Source: Phoronis australis | Lineage: Eukaryota; Animalia; Phoronida | Direction: 5' to 3' | NCBI GenBank assembly: GCA_002633005.1 | Contig: NMRA01000565.1 | Coordinates: 7,682 to 71,681 of the forward strand | DNA: 64,000 nt | Shown: positions 1 to 11,100 of the stretch, piece by piece | Layout: each line of letters starts with the position of its first letter | How positions within the stretch are numbered: the first letter of the stretch is position 1 | Made by a program: the position numbers and the translations under genes | Notes under the pieces: generated by a model | Databases searched by the model: none | Seen by the model: the letters and a program-made list of their open reading frames with translations, nothing else | Told to the model about the DNA's origin: nothing

Positions 1-16
1 TGTTTTTTGGTGGGGT

Positions 17-145
17 GGTCATGTTTTTAGGTGCGTCAGTCCCATTTTCTGGTGCGATGATCCCATTTGATCCCCGGAGGTCCTGTTTTGGGTGAGTCAG
101 TCCGATTTAAGAGGACCTGAGGTCATGTTGTTTCTCACCCGTGAT
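17..145. repeat. Dispersed repeat fragment; inverted diverged copy at 23560-23686
   Basis: ggtcatgtttttaggtgcgtcagtcccattttctggtgc...ggtcatgttgtttctcacccg is the reverse complement, with mismatches, of 23560-23686. Confidence 0.75.
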
Positions 146-2093
146 AAGGATAGAGCTTACTCTGGTGGGAAAACGTAAATCGAGTATTAAAATGAAACAA
201 GGAAATGATGCGGTCAGACGATGTGTTTTATTTAAAATCAAATGAACTAAAGATTAACAGTTGAGGTAAGTTTACAAAATGCCTTACATTACTAACTGAG
301 ATAAATAAGCTGCATGGCAGAGATCTAGTTATCCTGTCTCTCTCAATCACTCCCTCACTCCTACTCTCTGCTGTGGGGCTGCACGTCTTCTGCTTGTGGT
401 AACAAATCCCATTGAAGAAACTAAATAATCATTCAAATTTTTTACCCAAGTGTATCTGTAGGCACAAAATAATGTCATTGACACGCTGTTTACTCACCTT
501 GGGTCTCCCATTATATTGTCTTGCAGTGGGGATTATGAACTAATTGCAAAACAATCGATCAAAACAAATGGCCAAATCAACAAACTCAATGTAAGCAATA
601 GGATGCTCTACTATACTGTAAAAATCAAGATTCAAATTGTGGAGACACGTGATTGTGGTTTGCGTCTAGACCAATCGCTAACCCCAAACAGAAATAGCTG
701 ACGAAATTACGCGAGTGAAAAATTCTGCCAAATAAAAATAATTGAGTCCCAAAAGGACTGCAAAAACTGACGTAAATACTATAATTAATAAAATTAACGT
801 AAAGTAAAGGATTGTAAATGTTTACTTCAAGTTATGTTAAAAATTAAGGAATTATGCTATGAAATACATTGGTGTACGACGATGTTTTGTCCAGCTGTGG
901 AACTAGCGCTGGCATCTGGAAATGTCCCCATATAATTACGTCAGTTGAAATTTATGATTTGTATAGATTGCCATAAATCTTCTCATGGACAAACAATTTT
1001 GCAATAAAACACCGGGTATTACTCAGTATGGGTCTCCAATAAATGCCACGTTTTCTAATATGGAAAATATAAAGGCCTCTTTTTACCAGGCATTCGCTGG
1101 AATTGCAGGTTATTCTGGTGGCTAAGGCAGTAGACAGTGATGAACGATTTGTTTGATTCCTGGCTAGATAAAAAAAATAACTGAATTAACTTCCACAAAT
1201 TCTCTTAAAGTATTGCTGAATGTAGTGGATGACGAGTGAATTACATTTACCTGTGTTGCAGGGATTAATCAATAACTGACATGACTGGGGCCAGGGTATT
1301 ATTGAAAGCGTTTGCATAAATATTCTTTTTTTAAAGTTAATTATAAATATCAATTTGAATGGCTTTGTTGCACTTGTTTTTTAATGTAACATCCCGTTTT
1401 GGTTGTAACCTGGGGTAATGAGTAAATTTAACTGCCTATTTTTGAACTATGAATATCTCGTATACGAATATTCAAATTGTCCACAAAATATTAAATATTT
1501 TGTAATTTAATTGTACTACTTTTTTCTGGTAACTTCAGCATGGTCTACGGTATACGGGTTATGCAAGGAAGGCGCAAAAAATGAGTGGTTAAGTTTTATA
1601 AGAAAGGAACTGAGAAGGAAACCTGCATCTCTATACAATACTAGAGAGGGTTAGACACAAGCAAAAGCAAAGCTAGTGCATGGAAATAATGCTAGAAAAC
1701 ACTTGAATGCATTTACGGCAGACATTGACGACCAGTAGGTCTTCAAAATTGACCCACAGATTTGAGGGCCTGTGAGTCACTTGACCCATTGACACAGTTT
1801 TTGTAACCCGAACCCTGCTCACCTCTTTAATATCAGTCTTGCCATGCTTCTTACTCAGATTAGAAGATCTTGTACAGCAATTTATGCAGTCATGAGGTCC
1901 ATCGTCACTATTACTAGTTGTAATTGCATTCTAATTGCCTTTTAATTCAAACCTGTCTGGAATAAAAAATTCAGGTTTCGTGACTCGCCCTTTTAGAGTT
2001 CAAATAATGGTTAAGTTTTTTAATAAATGTTCAAAACAATTTTGTTAGTTTTTTAATGTACTAATTCTGTTTTTTTTTTGTTAAATTACCCAG

Positions 2094-2198
2094 GAGCACA
2101 AAATCAAGTACATGTTCACCTTAGTTGGAGGACACATTTCGCCGATACTTGTGGCTTGTGAGAAGCTTGGAATACGTGTCGTAGATACCAGGCATGAG
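2094..2198 (+). CDS. ILVBL: ILVBL exon (first in window): [35 protein letters not shown]
   Basis: T-rich tract and cag acceptor, gag|gtaacg donor; contains the catalytic Glu motif (RHE). Not in the ORF track. Confidence 0.92.
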
Positions 2199-5100
2199 GT
2201 AACGAATATTGGTAATTACTGAGACTGAATCTTTACTGTAGAATTGGCGCAAGTTTGTGAAGGAGCCATGCGGAAGTAAAAACTTTCGCCATAGTAGTGC
2301 AAAGCAGTAAGAAGATCTTTCAAGGACTGTGTGTTCTGCTATTTTATACCTTCAGTAAGATCGGAAATGAGTGACATTTACAGATTTTTTGGTTATCAGA
2401 GAGTGGAATCTCTGTGACATGGTGACGTTCTGTGACAAAATGTGCTTGCCTGAAATTCTGACATTTTGTGACATTTGCTGAGCCTAGTAGACTGATAATG
2501 TTTTGTTGGGTTTGCAGTTATTTTATGCTGCATCAAGTGGTGGTTCCTTTTCCACAAAGTGTAAGATAATGCAATTCACCATTAACACTGACAAATATTG
2601 TGTCTCACCTACATGACAAAAGCAAAGCTGATGTGAATTATACATGCAAAAATCGGTAATGGTCGGCTATAACGTGCCCAATTTTTAAGAACCAGTTTTC
2701 TCCATTGAATAACGGGCATCAAACTGGTTCTCAAAATACGGGCATGTTATATCCGAATATTATCCAAAACACCAAAGAGCTGTGACAATTGAGACTCCCC
2801 TGTGACATTTTTGAAAATGACAAATTGTGACTTGCATTAAAACATAAATTTATTCCACTCTGAGGTATTCATTTTTATGCGCCCACATATTTACATGTGG
2901 ACGCACGGCGGCGTCCGTCCGGCGTCTGGCGTCCGCTGCTCTATCTCCAAAACCCTTTGACATACGTTCATGAAATTTGTCACATATGTTTCATTCATGA
3001 ATGGGACGGCATGTGCGAACTTTCGGACGGATCCGACTACCGGTGTGCCCCCTAGTGGCAATTTTAGTTTTTTACGCTTACCTTTGTATCTTCAAAAGTC
3101 CTGAACGGATTTTCATGAAATTTGGTATGTAGGCACCTATTAGTGAGATGACGCTATCCTACTGTTTTCAGATGGATTCGACGTAGTTTGCGCCACCTAG
3201 TGGCCATTTTTACTGTTTTCGAGTCTGTATTTTTGCGTCCACCCCTCTATCAACCAAACCGCTCAAAGGATGATTGTGAAAATTGGCGTGTATGTGCTTA
3301 CTATAAGGAAGACAGCTGACAATGATTTTCAGACGATTTGGACTACTGTGGCGCCTCCTAGTGGCAGTTTTTTTTTTTTGCGCCCATGGCTGTATCTCCC
3401 AAACCGTTTGCAGGATCTTTACTAAATTTAGCAAGTGTATTTATGTGATGTTGACAACGGACGATGACGACTTTAGGATGATTCTGACTACCGGTATGCC
3501 TCTAGTGGCAATTTTAGTATTTGCCTCTAGTGGCAATTTTAGTATTTTACATTGACCTCTGTATTTTCATAGGTCTTCAGGTGTATACTTTGTGTTACTT
3601 CGTGACTATGAAGGAAAAGTTCCAAGTAGAAATTTGTTTCTGGCATTCTAATGCTGTGCTAATCTCGTATGTTGGTAAATTTGTTTTTAATTCTATGTTT
3701 CTGTGGTGCTTTAAGCAACTGGTGTACAGGATGTGCTTGTATTATGAAGATTACTCACATTTTGCCCCTAGCCTATTGAGGAGACAATGACCATGCCTTT
3801 CCATTTTGCAAAGTACAACATACTATATATATGCCCTCTACTGGCCACTTTATGGTACCAATAAACAACCCTAGAAGGATACCGTATGCGTGCAATTGTG
3901 GGCGCATTTCAACGCTCTGCGTTGCTCTTGTGTTTGTATCAGTTTCTACATTTACTTAATGCCCAGTATTTCTACGAAATAAGCGATGTCTGCCTTGTTT
4001 GTAACACTCTTTCTAAATGTACCTATAGGTGACTGCTGTGTTTGCCGCTGATGCCGTGGCGCGTCTCTCTGGCACAGTGGGCGTGGCAGCTGTCACTGCA
4101 GGACCCGGACTGACCAATACCGTCACAGCTGTCAAGAATGCTCAAATGGCAGAGTCCCCCCTGCTGCTGATGGGCGGAGCTGCTGCTACTTTACTGAAGG
4201 TCTGGTCATGTACCCTACATGAGTCTGGTTGTATACCGTTCATGCGTCTGGTCGTGTACTGTACTTGGGCCTTGTCATGTAGCATACACATGTTTGTGTA
4301 CTATATAAGAGCCTGGTCATGTAACGTGCATGGCCCTGGTCGTGTAACGTGCAGGGCCCTAATAGTGTGACATGCAGGGCCCTGATCGTGTAACGTGCAG
4401 GGCCACACATATACGCATATTGTAATTTTGTTTGAATGTGATCATCAGTTAGTGTGTTGTATTATGATAAATTTGATCAGCAGCCGAGTCTGTTCAGGAT
4501 TATGTGATGTTACATTACAGGAATTCGTGACTGCTTCGTTTTTCAAAAATTCGTTTTTGTTGACAGACGGTGATTGTGTTCGTTGTTGGTTAATGTTTCA
4601 CTTAATTTACGCCAAAAGGGTAGAACACTCACCTGTCACAGCACAATGTTTCCATGGGTACTAATGACTAAAACTTTACTTAGCTTGTGTGAAAATGAGC
4701 ACCACCCTTAGAAAGTTAATGCGTTTGTGCCTGTAATAGTTGCCATTCTTGTATAATTCTAAATGTAAGACCAGAAAAAAGCATACCGTAGTTGGTGCTG
4801 GTCTGTATCCCAACTCATTTTGAGACCTGCGTTCACCAACCCCTGCTTGCATCAATTTTAGTTAAGATTTGATGTTTTATTTCAAAAGCTGCACAAATCC
4901 GTGTAAGCAAAGCTTGAAATGCTGTTCTTTGTAAAGCGATGGGTAAAAAAAAATCCCATGTCATCTTTCTTAATTATTTATCAAGGGTGGGGTTTCTTTT
5001 CTTGAAAAATGAAGCACCTCAATTTTCAAAACACAAACCAGAACCAAGTCAGACATTATGCTCAAAGAAACTGCTTGCATTACCTTTATTATCATTTCAT

Positions 5101-8100
5101 ATCAACAACAGGTACATGATCCTACTGTTGTTCCATGTTTAAGTAGGTTGAACACTGAAACTGCATGCTTGTCATTCTGATGTGTACATTTTTATTGGTA
5201 TTCAAGTAAGTCTAGATACACTAATCATACACCCGGGAAATAAACAAAAACTTTTTGGTTTTCAGGGCCGAGGAGCACTACAAGACATTGACCAAATGTC
5301 CTTGTTTAAACCGTTGTGTAAATACTGCGCTACCGTCACTCGGGTTCGCGACATCGTGCCCATAGTCAGGGAAGCGCTACAAGTGGCACAGTCAGGAACT
5401 CCAGGTTTGTGCTGCAGTTTGTCAACTTTGCTGAAGGAACTGCTTATCACAACAGCTATGTTATGATGAGCTGTACGAGATACTGAGATTTTGTGAGAGG
5501 AAATGCATTTTGAGGTTTTTGTGATGTGCAAGCTAGCTTTGTGCATTTACTGAACTACGAAATTAGTAAGATTTTTGCCTTTTCTCTTTGTATTTTTGTG
5601 GAATTTCTTGGTTAAAGTTTCATCGCATTTCACACATGGCCTTCACCTGAACGCGATATGTTAGTGTCATTCTAGGTTCTTAAACGTTGGTGGATAATAG
5701 GTCGGTCCCGGATTGGCGTCCACAGATACTTCTCAAGTTTATTGAGAGTTTCTGCATAAGGCATAATAATGAAACTTTGCTGGCATTGTAAGGTCAGTTA
5801 AAGTTAATGTAGTCCAGAAAAACTTGAAAAACCAATGGCCATCAAATAACATAGGAAACTCCGATGTCATGAAAACAAGACCAGAGAACTGGGTAATTCA
5901 AGACCATGCTATTGGTTGAAAGATGTCAGAGGCCAGCTCTCTTTCTCGATAGTTAATCTGTATAGAGTGGAAATCTAATATTGCCTTTATTGCATTTGCT
6001 ATGTTATGGCAGGACCCGTTTTTGTGGAGTTCCCCATCGACACATTGTACCCCTACCCCACCGTGAAAAAGGAGCTTGGCATGAAAGGTGGCACCACTAG
6101 TCTGGTCCAAAAAGTCATTAACTGGTGAGGAAAGTTGATAACACTGAAATGCTGTCTTAAAACTATTGTTTTTGTCTGTATTAATTTGCCCATTGTCGAT
6201 TCACGAATTGCTTTGTTAACGGGTTTAACTTTAAAGTGTGTTTACATCAGTAGAACTGTACACACTTTTCCTGTGTAATATTCCCAAAAAATTCCTTGTT
6301 GGACTGCATTGGCCTGTAGAATATTCTGAGTGTTTGCAAGTCTAAAAAAGGGCGTAGAGACTCACAGGAGTGGGTTATACCATTAACTCAGTCACTTGTT
6401 ATCTCTCTATTCTAGAATACAATAGAACCTCATGGATTGAACATAAAAACTTCTTAGAATATGTCATTGAATTTTTTATGCAAAAATGTATCATTTTCAT
6501 TACACCATATCTTATATGTCAATTGTCATTTTGTGTTTGATTTTACTTTATTTCTGTTTTTGTTGATAAAGGAAGTTATTACATCCGAAAATTTCAAATT
6601 TCAGTTGATCCATTCTTGTTGTTTTATTTACCGATTTCTATTCTAGCTAAATGTTAGTACTGATACGGTTATGACAATAGAACTGATGTCTAGTTTGATT
6701 GTCTTAAAATTAGCGTATTTCTTGATTTTACATTTTAAGCAGTAAACGGAAATGACATGCTTGGGTTTTTTAAATCTTCAGTGAGTGTCTTAAATCCTGT
6801 AGTCTTTCACATCTGGAAACTTTTCCGTTGCGCTTGTATTGTAGTCTTTCTTCTGTCGTTATTCTGAGTCATGTTCGATGTCCTTCAAATAAGATTATCA
6901 ACCACTGCATGTATTGGGTTGTGTACATTCCCAACCTGTTTCAAGCAAGAACAAGTTTTCTGTTGTATTGAAAGATGCAGTTGGCGCTGAAACTAAATAG
7001 TTGTGCTTTCTCACTAAAATTCAAAACGAAACCTAAAACCCCATGCATGACCGTCTTTGAAAACCATTGCTTTGGTTCATGTTTGGGTTGGTACCCTTTG
7101 CTTTGTTTTGTTTGTTAGGAGGCATTAGCATTCCTTAATACACACAATAACACCGCAGACTGACTGGACTTTTCCGATTACTTCGAAGGGCGGGAGTGTT
7201 CACCTTAGCTAACTTGATTTACTGAAACTCTCTACCAAGGGCAGTTTGCTTGTAATCATCGCTGGGTCGGAGATTGAAGCCTATAAAGACTCAGTTACTT
7301 CTTCCTCCTGTAACGCGTTGTTTTCAAACTGTTGAGTTTCTGATGTTTTCTCTAAGGTACCTTCAGAACCACTTGAACAACCTGTTTGCTGGAGCTTGGG
7401 AGGAACAAGATTTGTCTCCCCTGTCAGTTGATATTCCCATGGCCACGCCGAGTCAAGGTATGAGTTCTAGTCATGCTAGTGAATGGCAAATACCCAAAAT
7501 TTGTAACTGTGAGTTATTTTTCCATTAATTGTGAGAGTGTTTTGAAAATGTTAATTCCATGTAAACAGTCAAGTTCATTATTAAAAATGATAGAATTCAA
7601 TTTGAAAATGAACATATTTTTGGATATTCATTGTTCAAAGTGTGAAACCTAAGTTTCTTTAGTTTATAGGCCACAAAACTGCTTCGTTGTAAGACTACTC
7701 CATTGAATGGAGTTTTGAAACATTGTTAAAAATCATCCGTGGAAACTATTTATCTTTATTCAACTTACTCCAACATTGTCAGCACAGTGGTGACTTTCAA
7801 GTTTCTGCGATACCTGGTGGTCATAGTCTATCTGTCATTATACCCTAGCACAGATTTATAATTTTGTCAGACCATACTAACTTCTGGAATGGTAAACAGT
7901 GAAAAAAATATGGATAAAATGCCATTAATCTTTTGTCAACGAATGTCACATTCCTTCAGACACATATGCTCTGCATGAGGCAACTCCTACGCTAACTTTT
8001 GGCAGTTTAGTACACCAATGCCAAAGTGAGTTCCAGCCGGACCGTGACTAACCTGTCGTAATCTATTCATAAGTTAGTGTGCATGGCTTTAGCTGTGCTT

Positions 8101-11100
8101 TTGTAGAAAACCTATTTCAATTGCTGCTTTTTCTTACAATGTATATTTTTAAAAACTCGAAGACGTCTAATCTTTATTTATCAATTTTAAAAACAGCCAT
8201 GATTATCGTTTGCATTACTTAATGTTTGTTTTTTTACTTTGAAACTAGTACGCTTAGCAGGCACGTTGGTTACGACTAATTATCTCTAATCTGATACACA
8301 TTTGGCCAAGTCCATGAATAGCAACTAGCTCACATCAGTCTATGATGGCACCGACAAGTCTATGAAGTGCCGAAGAATTCACCGGATACTCTGGGGTGAA
8401 TGGTGCATGCTTTCTCGTCTACTTGCCTGCAAATCCTGTAAGCGCAAGAGTTGCCTAATGGACCACGCTAAAATTTCATCAAGTTAGGGCACAGTGTGGC
8501 AGACAATTGAAATTTCAATTCTCATTTTTTCATAAAAGATATGTATGCTTTTCCATGTTCAAACTCTGTACTACAGCTGCTGCCAGATAATATTTTGAAA
8601 ATTTAGGGCATACGCAGCAATGTTAGAAGCTTTTGAAAATGAATAAATAGCAGCCTTGGCAATTATTTTTGTCCGAAATTGGTGAGATTTTACCGTAATA
8701 ACCACTTCGTGGTTGTTTTGTGTTATAGTCCAGCAAAGTGTGGAAATGTTGACTAGATCCAAGAAGCCAGTCATTGTGTTTGGTAGTCAGGCTACACTCC
8801 CTCCCACTCCGGCTGATGAGCTGAGAAAGGCTGTCGAGGTAATGATGGGATCAAATTCTTTTCATGAGCCACTTGATTCCCTAGTAAACACTGCACTGTG
8901 AAATAATTAGGGTGTGTTTCATCATGCAAGAGTGTGGTGAGATACGTCTGGCAAGAAATCATGGCATATGGGACTTTTCTGCCATCAATGATTTTTTTCT
9001 GGCCTTGCCAACTAATCACTTTGGTGTTAGCCATTTTGTTATTTTTTGCTAGTAAAGAATTGAATTTACTTGTGAAATGTTTCCCTTTAGCTCGTGCATT
9101 TTTATGTGATCTTGACAAAGTCACATACTTGTGCTTCTGTCAGAATTCTCCCCTGAATTACTTCAGTTACAATTATTGATAACCTAGAAATACATTAGAC
9201 TTGGAAATTATTGGGTTTTTTTTATTTCAAGTTTCACTAGAAGTGAGACTTGTGAAGTGTGTAATTCAACAGTACGTTAAGTGACAATATTTTTGTATTC
9301 TGTACAATTCCTTTTTTCTAAAAATATGTATTAGTAATAAGTACTTTGTTCTTGAAAATTTCATGTTCAGGACCTTGGTGTTCCTTGTTTCTTGGGTGGC
9401 ATGTCGAGAGGTCTACTGGGTCAGAAGAGTCCACTTCACATGAGACAGAAAAGGGGTGAATGCTTGAAAGAGGCTGATCTCATTATTTTGGCAGGTAAGC
9501 TAGGAAGAGAAGTTAACATGCAAATTGCACCTTTGTTTCTGTGACATATCGACTGAACTCATGTAGAAAACACCATTTGTATTATATGACTTCTACTTTA
9601 ATGCTCTGCCTAGTATTTGAAAAACTCCATCTCGATGTCATTTACTTTTGTGAAGGCTGTGGCTAAAATAAAAAGGGAAATTAGAAGAAATTTGATTTCT
9701 AATCATTGATGAATTAGCAAAACCATTTTCCACAAAATGTCACCCCATTATTTTTTGTTTCAAAATACACCTCTGTATTGCATGATGTGTTGCTAACTGT
9801 TTACTGTTTGGAGTATTAAAACAATTGTAACATCTTCTTCATTTGTTTTAAGGCCTTTTTAAAACAAAATTTTCTCATAATGCATTTGTGTGCACCAGCT
9901 TCATTTCCAGTGACCTTTTGCGAAGCAATGTCAAATGTTGGATGCGATCAAGATTTTCGCATCCATGTTGGTTTGGGCTTAGATGGGCATTTGACCCAGA
10001 ACACAATATCTGGTTCATCTTGCACCACATCAGTTTGCTCTGGATTGAACTCTGTTTAGACAGATGCTGTTCTGTGTCGAGTTGCTCAGTGTCAAAATTG
10101 TCGATCCGAAGCATTTTGTTGAAACATTTGTGAACTCCGTCCACAGGCAACGTGTGTGACTTCCGTTTAAGTTATGGGAGAAGTTTGAACAAGAGAGCAA
10201 AGATTATTGCTGTCAACCGCGACAAGACTCAATTGTTTAAGGTAAATTATAAACGTGAACTAAAAATGATGACTTTGTTGATTTATGCAGAATTATATCT
10301 TCATGACTGGCACATGTGAAAGATTCTGTACACCAGTTTTCATGTAGGTGACTGGGTCACTAAATTTAATCAATTTCTTTTAAAGAAGGTTTGACTTACA
10401 AAATAGAGTTATTGTACATCATGTTGTATAACTTATTTTATTCAATGGTTGGTAGTGAGTTGGTATTGAATATTCATGAAACGATTGTTATGCTACTAAC
10501 TAAAATGTGCAACTTTTTTATCTTGTTGATTTTTGCAGAATTCAGATATGTTCTGGAAGCCAACTCTGCCCATTATCGGCGACCCTGGCAGTTTTGTTGT
10601 TGCCCTTCAGAAGGCATTGGGTGCATATAATTGTGATGAGGAATGGTTGCAGAAGCTGAGGTCACGTGATGAAGAAAAAGAGATTGCCAATAAGTAAGTA
10701 GATGTGACAGTAAAGCTTTAAGTAAATTCCTCAAAAGGTGTCAGGCTTATTGGAGAGGTTGCTACATGCGCGCATCCAGAGGGTGCTCGGCGGGCTCAAA
10801 CGTCGAGCCCCTTCATTTGGTGAAGTGGACCAAAAGGTCCACCTTCGAGAAACAAAAACTTTGAAAAAAGTAGAAAACAAGACAAGAATCCACTAAAAAG
10901 ACAGGAACTACCAAAATTCGTCGAATGCACAATTCATAGCTCTGAATGTATCCCGTGAATCTCTGTAAAAGGTCCATATTCTCAATAATTCGAGCCCCCT
11001 ATTTTTTAGGTGTGAGTGGATGAGAGGCTTTTAACTTTCTCTGTGTAGGATGGTAGTCCATCGTAGGATACTTCTCAGCTGTAGCATGTATCGATTTGTA

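Noticed and set aside
1-2093. Search for the ILVBL N-terminal (TM anchor/GGE..A.VL) exon
   Set aside because: No matching exon seen; it presumably lies upstream of the window.
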